A DNA stretch of 64,000 nucleotides from Calditrichia bacterium (GTDB lineage Bacteria; Calditrichota; Calditrichia; RBG-13-44-9; J075): assembly GCA_020634975.1 (NCBI GenBank), contig JACKAQ010000001.1, positions 1,774,857-1,838,856 of the forward strand, read 5' to 3'. The notes below the pieces were generated by a model that was not told the DNA's origin, did not search any database, and saw nothing but the letters and a program-made list of their open reading frames with translations. The translations under genes were made by a program, and so were the position numbers. Shown here in pieces: positions 43,028-53,296 of the stretch. Position 1 is the stretch's first letter; every line of letters starts with the position of its first letter.

Positions 43028-44085
43028 TCGTTTATCTCCATCATTGCCTTCACGGTAACATCCAGAATGCGCTGCTTTTCCGCGTCATCCAAATCTCTGG
43101 CATCCAGCCGTTCCCGGAATCTTTTGAACAGATCGTTCTCCAGCACTTCGTGCACATCGCGAAATTCAATGCTGGCGATATCGCCTTTTTCGCTGACCAG
43201 CCGCAACAACGCCTCGCGCAGTTCCGTTTCGCTCATCGCCAATTTTTTGCTGTTGATAAATCCGTTGATGTGCAGCAGCATTCCGGCGTGTTCCGGCAAA
43301 TTAACCATCCGTTCGGTGATCGTTTGCAGCGGCGTTTTCTCCGCAAACGGATCCAGCGAAATTCGCAAAATGTGATAATAAAAACTATTGAGCAATCGCG
43401 GCTGCGGCACTTCGCCAATGGTAAATAAATTCACTTTGCGGATGCCCGTTTCCCGGCGGGTAACCGAAACCGGTGACCCGGAATACACAAAGTATTGATT
43501 TTCCTGAATTTCGTGCACCGAAAAATTGCTATGAAAATGTCCCGCGAGTACGTATTGCCACGGCAATCGCTGAAAATAGCTGAGCTTTACGGGCAAATAC
43601 CGTTGCCGCCCTTCCTCGCCATATTCCGCCCATCCGCCAATCATATCATACAATTCGCCGTGGAATAAAAGCACGTGGGTTGCGTCAGGTTCGGCGCGTT
43701 CCGCAGCCATTGTCAAAAATGGCAGGATTTCTTCTTCACCCATTTCTTCGTAGGGAAATCCCCAAAAGCATACGCCGTCGATGGTTTCCGGCATCAGCAA
43801 ATCACGCAATATGGTCACGTTATCACCAAAATAGGTGCCATCCGGATAAGCGTTGGCATCGTGATTTCCCGGGATGATCAGCACGTTCCCGCCAAATCGT
43901 TCGAAAACTTCGCGGATTTTTGGGCGTAATGTTTGCCCGTCGGCATCGCTATCGAACAGATCGCCGCTGATGGCCAGCACACGAACATTTTCTGATTGCG
44001 CCAGTTCAACAACCCGTTCCAGTGCCTGCCATCGCACATCGGTAATGCTGCGTAAATGCAAATCTGCTGTGTGTAAAATTTTCAT
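43024..44085 (-). CDS. YhaO-like calcineurin-type metallophosphoesterase (SbcD-like nuclease)
   Basis: MPP motifs (ILHTADLHL, GDLFD, GNHD, GHFH). Its stop overlaps the ATPase start (ATGA), which suggests translational coupling. Confidence 0.75.
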   Translation of the reverse strand: MKILHTADLHLRSITDVRWQALERVVELAQSENVRVLAISGDLFDSDADGQTLRPKIREVFERFGGNVLIIPGNHDANAYPDGTYFGDNVTILRDLLMPETIDGVCFWGFPYEEMGEEEILPFLTMAAERAEPDATHVLLFHGELYDMIGGWAEYGEEGRQRYLPVKLSYFQRLPWQYVLAGHFHSNFSVHEIQENQYFVYSGSPVSVTRRETGIRKVNLFTIGEVPQPRLLNSFYYHILRISLDPFAEKTPLQTITERMVNLPEHAGMLLHINGFINSKKLAMSETELREALLRLVSEKGDIASIEFRDVHEVLENDLFKRFRERLDARDLDDAEKQRILDVTVKAMMEINE

Positions 44086-44372
44086 AAATTTGCGTTTTGC
44101 TTCCGTTTCGGATCCGGTTTTGTGGTAATATCACTACAAAATAACGGAAATTTTGTCTTTTATGCAAGATATGAATTTTGGTGAGTTGGGAATGTGACGC
44201 AAGTGACGCCATTTTTTTCTGGCTGTTTGAAAATTACGTATGTTAGGTTTACTTTGCACCGGCGAATGATGATTTAAAAATTGAAGATGAAATCGTAATA
44301 ATACCGCCCTTCGGCTTTGCTCGGGGAGTAAACGTTAGGTCGCCGGGCTCGCCGATGCGTATTCTTAAACTT

Positions 44373-44397
44373 TTATCCTTTATCCTTTATCCTTTAT
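44373..44397 (+). repeat. 3x tandem 9-mer tcctttatc immediately upstream of the ATG at 44400
   Basis: The sequence ttatcctttatcctttatcctttat ends 2 nt before the start codon. It relates to the motif that recurs at 22447-22471, 48463-48473 and 6127-6141. Confidence 0.6.
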
Positions 44398-44399
44398 AA

Positions 44400-45230
44400 A
44401 TGATAACATCAGAGAAAACAAGTCGTTACCAATTCCCGCCGGGAACGCAAACCTGGCGAATAAACAAAGAAATCGCACTGCTGCTCGGCGGCGGGCGCGC
44501 GCTGCTGATGCAAATTGCCCACCCGATGGTCGCACAGGGTGTTGCTGATCACAGCGATTTTCGAGAACGACCGCTAGACCGACTGTTTCGCACATTGTTC
44601 AGCATTATCCAGATTGTATTTGCGGAGCGCGAAGTTGCCCAACAAGTTGCCGCCCGCGTTCGCACTGTTCACCGCAGCGTTACCGGCGAAATGGGCGAAA
44701 CGGTTGGTTCGTTCGAACAAAAGCGGCGGTATTTTGCAGAAAATCCGGTGCTGCTGATGTGGGTTTTTGCCACGCTGGTGGATACTTCGATTGTCATTTA
44801 CGAGCTGCTGTTTCAACCGTTGAGCGATGCGGAAAAAGAGCAGTTTTACCGGGAAAGCTGCATTTGGGGCGGTTGGTTGGGCGTTTCGGCAGATGTGCTG
44901 CCGCCGGATTATCCGGCATTTTGCAGCTATCTGCAAAGCATGGCAGACACCGGACAACTGGCAGTTGGCGTTGCGGGGCGCGAGATTTGCGAAAGTATTT
45001 TTCGTCCGAATATTCGTTGGATTCCCAATATTGCGCTGGCGCCGGTGAAATTTTTGACGATCGGGATGCTGCCAAAATCATTACGCCCCGCATTCGGTTT
45101 CGATTGGTCTGATCGGCAGGAAAAACGCTTCCGCCGGATTATTTCCATTTTTCGTTGGTTGTTGCGATTCACGCCGGAACGGATGCGGTCATTGCCGATG
45201 GCCTGGAAAATTCGCCGGGAAACCCGTTGA
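44400..45230 (+). CDS. MpaB/rubber-oxygenase-family (DUF2236) protein
   Basis: DUF2236 signature (LLGGGRALLMQIAHPMVAQGV...RVRTVHRSV). Confidence 0.7.
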   Translation: MITSEKTSRYQFPPGTQTWRINKEIALLLGGGRALLMQIAHPMVAQGVADHSDFRERPLDRLFRTLFSIIQIVFAEREVAQQVAARVRTVHRSVTGEMGETVGSFEQKRRYFAENPVLLMWVFATLVDTSIVIYELLFQPLSDAEKEQFYRESCIWGGWLGVSADVLPPDYPAFCSYLQSMADTGQLAVGVAGREICESIFRPNIRWIPNIALAPVKFLTIGMLPKSLRPAFGFDWSDRQEKRFRRIISIFRWLLRFTPERMRSLPMAWKIRRETR

Positions 45231-45391
45231 AATCACGCTCTTCAAACGATGTTACCAGGGTAGGTTATTGCGCAATTGAAACATCGTGAAAAACAAACCG
45301 ATTTTTTATCAAAGTTCAATATTGTGTAATTTAAACCTTTTGATGGAAAACCAAGTTCAACTACATTTATCTCAAAAATTATGGTAGGTGC

Positions 45392-45426
45392 AAAAAAAAA
45401 ACGGGACAAAAATAAACTGTCCCGCG
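45392..45426 (-). terminator. intrinsic terminator for the hemerythrin gene
   Basis: Stem cgggaca / tgtcccg with a 9-nt loop. It is preceded on the plus strand by A10, which reads as a U-tract on the minus strand. Confidence 0.75.
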
Positions 45427-45454
45427 AAAATAAGTTACAATTTTTTGCCACTAT

Positions 45455-45874
45455 TTAGTGGGAGGAATCGGTGTGAACGCACGATGCCAGACCGCCGTCA
45501 ATTTTTTTGATGTGTGATACCAGCCAGTCTGTCAGCTCTTTGTACATCCGCATCGCCAGATCGTCGGAAGCGCCGTTGCGATAATCGCTTTCAAACTGCA
45601 AAAATGTTTCAATAAATTTGGCGTGAGCACCTTTGTTGGCTTTTGCTGTCGGACAATTGAACTTTTCCATACATTTTTCTTCGCGCTCAAAATGCCAAAC
45701 GGTGTAATATTTCAGCAAATTGATGACTTTTTTTACTGCCTGACGCCCTTTTTTCTGCTCGATAACATCCGCAAGTTCATTAATAATATCGATGAGATAT
45801 TTGTGCTGGATATCCACCGCGCGATTACCGGAACTTAGCGAGTCATCCCAGGCGATTCTCAGAGATCCACTCAT
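45455..45874 (-). CDS. bacteriohemerythrin-like protein
   Basis: Hemerythrin cation-binding His/Glu pattern (DIQHKYL, WHFEREE, HAKF, HIKKID) in 139 aa. Confidence 0.7.
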   Translation of the reverse strand: MSGSLRIAWDDSLSSGNRAVDIQHKYLIDIINELADVIEQKKGRQAVKKVINLLKYYTVWHFEREEKCMEKFNCPTAKANKGAHAKFIETFLQFESDYRNGASDDLAMRMYKELTDWLVSHIKKIDGGLASCVHTDSSH

Positions 45875-46020
45875 GATCCCCTCCTTGTTTGATGATAAAT
45901 TAGCCCCTTAAACGATACAAAACCAAAAAGCATGGTTGAGCTAAAATATATCGGAATGAGAACGCGACCGGTTGCCGAATTGCACAAGATCCGCAAACGA
46001 TTTTCTGAAGTGGTGATTTT

Positions 46021-46797
46021 TTATTGGGGAAGATCGAGCTGCCAATTGCGCAGTTCGGCGAGAAAACGATATTGGGTTAAATCCAGATGCAGCGGCGTTA
46101 CCGCCACATATTGGCGGGAGATGGCGACTTCGTCCACGTCGTCGTCGGTATCGAGCACCAGTTTTTTGCCACCCAGCCAGTAGTAGGTGCGGTTGGTGAG
46201 ATCGGTGCGTTTTTCAAAAAATTCCTCAAACCTGCCGCGCCCCTGCCGGGTAATTTTGATACCTTTGATTTCCGAAAGCGGCAATGCGGGAATGTTTACG
46301 CTGAGCAACGTATCTTCCGGTATTCCATTTTTTAAAGCAGCATCCGCCAACACTTTTGCCACTTCCGCGGCACCGGAAAAATCGCGGTTGGTGAAGCTGG
46401 TGAGGGAAAAAGCAATGGATGGAATGCCCATTATCGCGCCTTCGGTTGCGGCGGAAACTGTCCCGGAATAAATGACATTTACGGCGGCGTTACTGCCCTG
46501 ATTGATGCCGGAAACGACCAAATCCGGTTTGAATTCCAGAATGCCTTTTACGCCCAATTTTACGCAATCTGCGGGTGTGCCGTTCACCGACCATCCGAAA
46601 AATTCGCCGTGGCGTTCCACTTTTGCGACCCGCAGCGGATCAGACAGTGTGATCGCATGCCCAACCGCGCTTTTCTCGGAATCGGGTGCAACCACGTATG
46701 GCTCGCCGATGCTTTTCATGGCATTGCACAACGCCCAAATACCGTGAGAAAAAATGCCGTCGTCGTTGGTCACCAGAATTTTTGGGCGTTCGCTCAT
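46021..46797 (-). CDS. surE: 5'/3'-nucleotidase SurE
   Basis: Begins ILVTNDDGIFSHGI and is colinear with SurE over 258 aa. Confidence 0.9.
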   Translation of the reverse strand: MSERPKILVTNDDGIFSHGIWALCNAMKSIGEPYVVAPDSEKSAVGHAITLSDPLRVAKVERHGEFFGWSVNGTPADCVKLGVKGILEFKPDLVVSGINQGSNAAVNVIYSGTVSAATEGAIMGIPSIAFSLTSFTNRDFSGAAEVAKVLADAALKNGIPEDTLLSVNIPALPLSEIKGIKITRQGRGRFEEFFEKRTDLTNRTYYWLGGKKLVLDTDDDVDEVAISRQYVAVTPLHLDLTQYRFLAELRNWQLDLPQ

Positions 46798-46812
46798 GAA
46801 AATACAGCTCCG

Positions 46813-47757
46813 TTATTTTCCGTTTTTGGCAGTCGTTCGAGTGGTTTTGGCAGGCGTTTTTGGCGTTTCTGCAGCAACATCTGTTTTGGATTGGTTGTTG
46901 GTCATCGGTTCATCCGTGGGTAGCGGCCAAAGCAAACGGAGCAAACGGGCAAGAGTTTCGCGCATCTCGTGGCGATGAACAATCATATCGATAAACCCGT
47001 GTTCCTGAACAAATTCCGCGGTCTGGAAACCGTCCGGCAAATCCTGTCCGATGGTTTGTTTGATCACCCGCTGCCCGGCAAAACCGATCAGCGCGCCGGG
47101 TTCAGCAATTTGCACATCGCCGAGCATGGCAAAACTGGCGGTTGTTCCGCCGGTTGTCGGATCGGTTAAAATGGCGATAAACGGCACGCCGGCATCTTCC
47201 AGCTGCGCCAGCTTTGCGCTGGTTTTCGCCAATTGCATCAGCGAGAGTGCGCTTTCCATCATTCGCGCACCGCCGGATGCGGAAATGATGAGCAACGGAT
47301 GGCGTTTTTCCCGGGCGATATCGGTTGCACGGGCAATTTTTTCGCCAACAACCGACCCCATACTCCCGCCGATAAACGAGAAATCCATGATTGCCGCAAT
47401 CACCGGCTGTCCTTCGATAGTGGCAGAACCCGTGACAACAGCGTCGTTTAATCCGGTTGCTTTTTGGGCGGCTTTCAGCCGGTCGGTATATTTTTTGGAA
47501 TCCTTGAATTTCAGCGGATCAACGGATTTGATGTGCCCGTTGACTTCTTTGAAGCTTTTTTCATCAAAATAAAACTCGATAAATTCTTTACTGGTGATGC
47601 GAAAATGGTTGTCACATTTGGGGCAAACGAACATGCGTTTCTGTAATTCCGCACGATAAATGATTTCGCCGCAGTTTTCGCATTTTACCCATAAACCATC
47701 TGGTATGGTTTTTTTTTCGCCGGTGTCGATGCCTTTTTTTCGTTTGAACCAATCCAT
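46813..47757 (-). CDS. accD: acetyl-CoA carboxylase carboxyltransferase subunit beta
   Basis: N-terminal Zn-ribbon (CENCGEIIYRAELQKRMFVCPKCDNH) plus a carboxyltransferase domain. It carries a Lys/Thr-rich C-terminal tail. Confidence 0.9.
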   Translation of the reverse strand: MDWFKRKKGIDTGEKKTIPDGLWVKCENCGEIIYRAELQKRMFVCPKCDNHFRITSKEFIEFYFDEKSFKEVNGHIKSVDPLKFKDSKKYTDRLKAAQKATGLNDAVVTGSATIEGQPVIAAIMDFSFIGGSMGSVVGEKIARATDIAREKRHPLLIISASGGARMMESALSLMQLAKTSAKLAQLEDAGVPFIAILTDPTTGGTTASFAMLGDVQIAEPGALIGFAGQRVIKQTIGQDLPDGFQTAEFVQEHGFIDMIVHRHEMRETLARLLRLLWPLPTDEPMTNNQSKTDVAAETPKTPAKTTRTTAKNGK

Positions 47758-47855
47758 TATTGCACTCCCGATTTATACATCGTTTAAAATACGCACTGAA
47801 AGCGACAATGTAAACTAAAAAAAATGACGTCCTTAATATATTGATTTAAATAAAC

Positions 47856-48449
47856 TTACCAAAATTTCGCATCGACCATCAGCAGCAGCGAAATGCCTGC
47901 CGCAGCGCCGGAAACGAATAAATTCCATTCGCGGTGTTGCGCGCGGAACACGTTCATAACCAGATATGCCGCACCCATCGTTACAGCAACAATCAGCAAT
48001 TGCCCGAGCTCCAACCCGACGTTAAACGCGAACAGCGGTTGCAGCAAACTTTCCTCATCGCCGAGCAGCATCCGCAGATAATTGGAAAAACCCATACCGT
48101 GGATCAGCCCGAAAAACATTGCCAGTCCATAATTCCAGCTCATTTTCCGGCGCTCGGCCCGTTCAACGTGTTCAAAAATATTCAGAAATGCGGTCACAAA
48201 AATGGTCAGCGGGATGAGAAATTCCACGATATCGCCGGGAATGACAAAAACACCCAGCGTTGCCAGCGCCAACGTTAGCGAGTGACCGATCGTAAACGCG
48301 GTAACCAGCACCAGAATGTGTTTCCACTGCGCCGCACGATACACAGCACACAGCGCCACGATAAACAACATATGGTCGTATGCCGCCAGATCGGCGATGT
48401 GGTTGAATCCCAATTTCAGATAACTTTCAAATGTGGTCATATTTATCAA
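47856..48449 (-). CDS. HupE/UreJ-family metal (Ni/Co) transporter-like membrane protein
   Basis: HupE/UreJ conserved block (GFNHIADLAAYDHMLFIVAL) and 6 TM helices. The likely ATG is at 48440. Confidence 0.6.
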   Translation of the reverse strand: MINMTTFESYLKLGFNHIADLAAYDHMLFIVALCAVYRAAQWKHILVLVTAFTIGHSLTLALATLGVFVIPGDIVEFLIPLTIFVTAFLNIFEHVERAERRKMSWNYGLAMFFGLIHGMGFSNYLRMLLGDEESLLQPLFAFNVGLELGQLLIVAVTMGAAYLVMNVFRAQHREWNLFVSGAAAGISLLLMVDAKFW

Positions 48450-48480
48450 TTATAAAAGGTTAAGGATAAAGGAATATTGA

Positions 48481-49482
48481 TTACGCCTGCGGATCGACTT
48501 CTCCTGCGATGGGTTCGTGCAGCAATTTTTTCACCGTTTCCAACGCATTTGGATGGGTGCCCAACAGGTGCATCAGTTTCACAATTACGGCTTCCATTGT
48601 CATATCCTGCGCGCCGACGGCACCGGCTTCGGCGATCAATTTGCCGTTCTGGTAGCGTTGCAAATCCACAAATCCGTGGCGGCTCTGCGATGCGATCACC
48701 ACCAGTTTTCCGGCATCGGAGAGCGATTGCACCAACGGCACCAGCGATTTTTCCTGCGTGGCAACGTTGCCCAATCCCAACGCCTGAACCACAATCGCTT
48801 TCAGCGGGGAATCAATCATCCAACGCAAATATTCCGGATGCAGCCCCGGGAAAAAGGGCATCGCCAGCACTTCATCGGAAATGGCGGTGAGCAATTCCGG
48901 CTTTCCGGACGGTCGCAAACAATTGTCGTGCAGGGTAATTTCCAATCCCACATCCGCCAGCGGCGGATAATTGGGGCTGACAAACGCGCCGTAATCGATG
49001 CCGGAAACCTTTGCAGAACGATTGCCGCGCAACAGTTCCGTGCCGAAAAAAATGCTCACCTCAGGAATATCCCGCGTGGCCAGCTCTGCCGCGTTAATCA
49101 GGTTCATCCGGGCATCGGAGCGGATTTCCGCGAGCGGACGCTGCGATCCGGTGAGCACCACCGGTTTCGACAAATTGCGCAACATGTACGATAACGCCGC
49201 AGCAGTATAAATCATGGAATCCGTGCCGTGGATAACCACAAATCCGTCGTAATTGGGCAATTCATCAAAAATAAGCGTGGCAAGCTGCTGCCAGTGGGTT
49301 GGGGTAATATTGGCGCTATCCAGATTGAACAACGCCCGGAAATCGATTTCAGCGATCTGCCGCAACTCCGGAACAAACTGGGTGATGTTCGCCTGAACCT
49401 GATTGGGCGCCAGCGTTGGCGCGGGCTTCAACGGCACCATTCCGAATGTGCCGCCGGTATGTATGATGAGAATTTTTTTCAT
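48481..49482 (-). CDS. ansA: L-asparaginase (type I)
   Basis: N-terminal threonine motif (ILIIHTGGTFGM) and a later block (VVIHGTDSM). The start is at 49482, and the 49530 upstream extension is unlikely. Confidence 0.85.
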   Translation of the reverse strand: MKKILIIHTGGTFGMVPLKPAPTLAPNQVQANITQFVPELRQIAEIDFRALFNLDSANITPTHWQQLATLIFDELPNYDGFVVIHGTDSMIYTAAALSYMLRNLSKPVVLTGSQRPLAEIRSDARMNLINAAELATRDIPEVSIFFGTELLRGNRSAKVSGIDYGAFVSPNYPPLADVGLEITLHDNCLRPSGKPELLTAISDEVLAMPFFPGLHPEYLRWMIDSPLKAIVVQALGLGNVATQEKSLVPLVQSLSDAGKLVVIASQSRHGFVDLQRYQNGKLIAEAGAVGAQDMTMEAVIVKLMHLLGTHPNALETVKKLLHEPIAGEVDPQA

Positions 49483-49611
49483 TTGGGCAACGATTTCAAA
49501 ACGATTTTGCCACAGAGTCACGGAGAACACAGAGAGGATATAAAATATTGATTTTTGGAACGTTGTGCACTCTGTGTCTCTGTGGCAATTTTTGTGTTTT
49601 ATGTTGGAAAA

Positions 49612-50922
49612 CTATAAAACGATGCCGCTCAACACACCGGCGATGGTCGCGGTCATCATTGTGGCGAGGGTGCCGCCGAGGACAGCGCGCAAACCGAATT
49701 TCGCCAAATCCGACCGGCGATCCGGCGCAATCCCGCCGATGCCGCCAATCTGTATTGCAATGGATGAAAAATTGGCGAATCCGCACAATGCGTAAGTGGC
49801 GATAAGTGTTGCTTTTTCAGATAGTTGTCCCGCAGGAATTTGCGATAATTCCAGATAAGCCACAAATTCGTTGATGATTACTTTTTGCCCGATCAACGAA
49901 CCGATCGTCACGGAATCGCCCCACGGCACACCGATCAGCCAGGCGATCGGGCTGAGCGCGTAGCCGATCAACACTTGCAGCGTAATCGGCTCACCGGCGA
50001 TGGTCAATCCCAATAGTTCGGTGAAAATGCCCTCAAAAATCCAGTTGACCATGGCAATCAGCGCGATGAACGCCAGCAGCATTCCCGCAACGTTCAACGC
50101 CAGCTTCAAACCGTCTGCCGCACCGCTGGCTGCCGCATCAATAATATTGGATGCGGTTTTTTCCACATGCACTTTTACTTCGCCCATGGTTTGGGAGGTT
50201 TCGGTTTCCGGCACCAGAACTTTGGCGATGACGATGGTTGCCGGCGCAGCCATAATACTGGCGGAAAGCAGGTGTTTCGCATAGAACAATTGCAGTTGCG
50301 GATCGCCGCCGCCGAGCAGACCAACGTATGCCGCCAGCACGCCGCCGGCGATCGTCGCCATCCCGCCGACCATCAGCGTCAACAGTTCCGATTGGGTCAT
50401 TGGCGACACATACGGGCGCACCACCAACGGCGCTTCTGTTTGCCCGATAAACACGTTCGCCGCAACGGAAATCGATTCCGCACCGCTGACGCGCATGGCT
50501 TTGGCCATCACCCACGCCATACCCTGCACCACTTTTTGCATCGCACCGAGGTGATACAAAACAGACATCAGCGAGGAAAAGAAAATGATCGTCGGCAGCA
50601 CCTGGAACGCGAAATAAAAGCCTTTGCTGCCATCTGCCAGATCACCAAAAATAAACATTGATCCTTCGTTGGTAAACGCAATCACTTTCACAAAAATAGT
50701 GCTGATGAAACTAAAAAAACGTGATCCCCAGGTGGTGAGAATAACAATTACGGCAAAGAGCAACTGCAGCCCGATACCGATTCCCACCAATCGCCAACTG
50801 ATGGCGCCGCGATTGTTGGAAAACAGCACGGCAATACCAACCAACACCGTTAATCCGAATAACCCAAATAGCATATCTGTTAACATAGCTGCTCCAGAAC
50901 TTGATTTGTCGATGACTGTCAC
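49612..50922 (-). CDS. nupC: NupC/CNT-family concentrative nucleoside transporter
   Basis: CNT N-terminal (LFGLFGLTVLVGIAVLFSNNR) and C-terminal nucleoside-binding hairpins. The likely start is at 50886. Confidence 0.85.
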   Translation of the reverse strand: MTVIDKSSSGAAMLTDMLFGLFGLTVLVGIAVLFSNNRGAISWRLVGIGIGLQLLFAVIVILTTWGSRFFSFISTIFVKVIAFTNEGSMFIFGDLADGSKGFYFAFQVLPTIIFFSSLMSVLYHLGAMQKVVQGMAWVMAKAMRVSGAESISVAANVFIGQTEAPLVVRPYVSPMTQSELLTLMVGGMATIAGGVLAAYVGLLGGGDPQLQLFYAKHLLSASIMAAPATIVIAKVLVPETETSQTMGEVKVHVEKTASNIIDAAASGAADGLKLALNVAGMLLAFIALIAMVNWIFEGIFTELLGLTIAGEPITLQVLIGYALSPIAWLIGVPWGDSVTIGSLIGQKVIINEFVAYLELSQIPAGQLSEKATLIATYALCGFANFSSIAIQIGGIGGIAPDRRSDLAKFGLRAVLGGTLATMMTATIAGVLSGIVL

Positions 50923-50979
50923 GGCAACAATTGGCAGAAAGCCGGCTAAAACCTGGCGATCACCCCGCGTTGTAAACGT

Positions 50980-51630
50980 CTATTTTTCAGTTGTTTCCGC
51001 AGATTTTTTATTCTCTTTTTTTGCTTCTGCCGGCGGCTCGAAACAGTTGCGGCAACGCGCTTCGTAAATATTCGTCGCGCCGACAACCACGCGGCTGGCA
51101 TCTTTGCTGGTTCGCTGGGTGAAGGATGCGGGATTGCCGCAGCTCACGCAAATTGCCTGCGTTTTGGTGATGTATTCCGCCATCGCCAGCAGTTGCGGAA
51201 TGGGCTCAAACGGCTCACCGCGATAGTCCATATCCAGCCCCGCGACGATCACGCGTTTGCCCATATTGGCCAATCGCTGGCATACTTCGATGAGCGTTGC
51301 ATCAAAAAATTGTGCTTCGTCGATGCCCACAACGTGGCTTTCCAACGCGTTTTCGAGAATTTCGGCGGGACTTTCAACCACCATCGAGGGAATCCGCTGT
51401 TCCGAATGCGACACAATGTGATCTTCGCTGTAGCGATTATCGATTTTCGGCTTAAAAATTGCCACTTTTTGCTTTGCGATGAGCGCCCGCCGCAACCGGC
51501 GAATCAGCTCTTCGGATTTGCCGCTGAACATGCAACCGCACACCACTTCTATCCACCCGACATTCCGCTGAATTATTGGAACCATTCCAAACTCCAAATT
51601 GAAACCCTTTGTTGATTCTTTATTCCACAA
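50980..51630 (-). CDS. tdk: thymidine kinase
   Basis: P-loop ([11 protein letters not shown]) and a C-terminal Zn ribbon ([13 protein letters not shown]...CRNC). The likely start is at 51585. Confidence 0.9.
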   Translation of the reverse strand: MWNKESTKGFNLEFGMVPIIQRNVGWIEVVCGCMFSGKSEELIRRLRRALIAKQKVAIFKPKIDNRYSEDHIVSHSEQRIPSMVVESPAEILENALESHVVGIDEAQFFDATLIEVCQRLANMGKRVIVAGLDMDYRGEPFEPIPQLLAMAEYITKTQAICVSCGNPASFTQRTSKDASRVVVGATNIYEARCRNCFEPPAEAKKENKKSAETTEK

Positions 51631-51862
51631 AGCCCAAAGATATTCATTCCCACCTAAAGAACAAACAGATTTTTTAAGCGAAAATTCCCGTTCGCGTTTG
51701 ATTAAACCGCTACCAGAAACCCAAAAAACAACTGAAAAGTTTGAATAATGTCCGCTAAAACTTGCCGGAATATCTATTTTAGGGTTATATTAAAAGATAA
51801 AATACGCAACACGTAAACGAACCGGGTTGCACATTGCAAAAGAAATATTTTCAGGGTGAGTT

Positions 51863-52582
51863 ATGATCCGGACACTGCTTTTTTTTATCGCGCTGGGTAT
51901 TAACACAACGATAGGCGGAATTGGCGTAATGGTGATCGGATTGTTTCAGCGGCATTCCAAAATTGCGCTGGAATGGATTATGAAACCCTGGGCGAAAGCC
52001 CTGGTATGGATCGCCGGGATAAAGCTGACGGTAGAAGGCGTGGAAAATGTGGATTTCCGGCAATCGTATATCGTGCTGAGCAATCACCAAAGCCATATGG
52101 ATATTCCCGTGCTGCTGGCGGCAATGCCCAATCATTTCACCTTTATCGCCAAAAAAGAGCTGTTCCGGATTCCCATTTTTGCCCAGGCAATGCGCGGATT
52201 CGGTATTCTGGAAATCGATCGCAGCAACCGCAACCGGGCGATTGCCACGCTAAAAGACGCGGCGCAAATTGCCAAATCCAAAAACATCTCCATTTTGGCA
52301 TTCCCGGAAGGCACCCGCAGCGAGGACGGGCAGTTGAAGCCGTTCAAGAAAGGGCCGTTTATGCTGGCGCTGGATGCCCGTTTGCCGGTGTTGCCGGTGT
52401 CGATCAGCGGCACTTTTCCCATTTTGCCCAAAGGAAAATTGCTCATTCGCGGCGGGCAGCAGGTTCGGGTAACCATTCACCCGCCGGTAATTGTGGAAAA
52501 TGCCAGTTACGAAAGCCGTGAACAATTAATGGACGAAACCTACCAGCGAGTAGCCTCGGGATTTATGCAATATGAATCATGA
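51863..52582 (+). CDS. plsC: 1-acyl-sn-glycerol-3-phosphate acyltransferase
   Basis: LPLAT motifs (NHQSHMD, FPEGTRS). Its end overlaps the upp start by 11 bp. Confidence 0.85.
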   Translation: MIRTLLFFIALGINTTIGGIGVMVIGLFQRHSKIALEWIMKPWAKALVWIAGIKLTVEGVENVDFRQSYIVLSNHQSHMDIPVLLAAMPNHFTFIAKKELFRIPIFAQAMRGFGILEIDRSNRNRAIATLKDAAQIAKSKNISILAFPEGTRSEDGQLKPFKKGPFMLALDARLPVLPVSISGTFPILPKGKLLIRGGQQVRVTIHPPVIVENASYESREQLMDETYQRVASGFMQYES

Positions 52583-53207
52583 TTTCAAAAATTTGACAGT
52601 GGTGGATCACCCGCTGATCGCCGACAAACTCACCCGGCTCCGGTCGGTGGAAACACCGCATCACGAGTTCAAAATGCTGCTGGATGCCGTCAGCTCGCTG
52701 CTGTTTTACGAAGCCAGCCGCAATTTGGCGACCCAAAACCAGCGCATCCGCACACCGCTGGAGCAGGTGGAAATGCCGCGTTTGGCCGGCGATGTGCTGT
52801 TGGTGCCCATTTTGCGGGCAGGACTGGCGATGGTCAACGGCATCACGCCGATTTTGCCGGAGGTGATTGTCGGGATGATTGGCATGTATCGCGATCACGA
52901 TACGCTGCAGCCGGTGGATTATTATTTAAAATTGCCAAAAAACCTGGATCAAAAGCAGGTGTTTCTGGTCGATCCGATGCTGGCGACGGGCGGCAGCGCA
53001 TCCGATGCGCTGAAAAAGTTGCGGGAGCACGGCGCTAAAACCATCACAATGATTGCGCTGATTGCTGCGCCGGAGGGCGTAAAACGGGTGACGGAAGCTT
53101 TCCCGGATGTGCGGATTTTTGCCGCTGCGCTGGATCGCCAGTTGAATGAGATCGGTTACATTTTGCCCGGTCTCGGCGATGCGGGCGACCGTTATTTTGG
53201 CGTTTGA
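52572..53207 (+). CDS. upp: uracil phosphoribosyltransferase
   Basis: PRPP-binding motif (VFLVDPMLATGGS) and full UPRT colinearity. Confidence 0.9.
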   Translation: MNHDFKNLTVVDHPLIADKLTRLRSVETPHHEFKMLLDAVSSLLFYEASRNLATQNQRIRTPLEQVEMPRLAGDVLLVPILRAGLAMVNGITPILPEVIVGMIGMYRDHDTLQPVDYYLKLPKNLDQKQVFLVDPMLATGGSASDALKKLREHGAKTITMIALIAAPEGVKRVTEAFPDVRIFAAALDRQLNEIGYILPGLGDAGDRYFGV

Positions 53208-53296
53208 GAACCTGCTGTTTGGCGTGTTTCGAATCTCCGCGGCCACTCAACTGGATTTAACAGAAACTATCCACATTTTCAAAAATTTCCGAAAAC

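Noticed and set aside
42215-43375. 386 aa plus-strand ORF spanning the ATPase/phosphoesterase junction
   Set aside because: It is antisense to two well-supported, translationally coupled genes. No domain was recognised.
44373-44397. CRISPR or microsatellite candidate
   Set aside because: It is three copies of a 9-mer with no spacers. It is far too short and regular for CRISPR.
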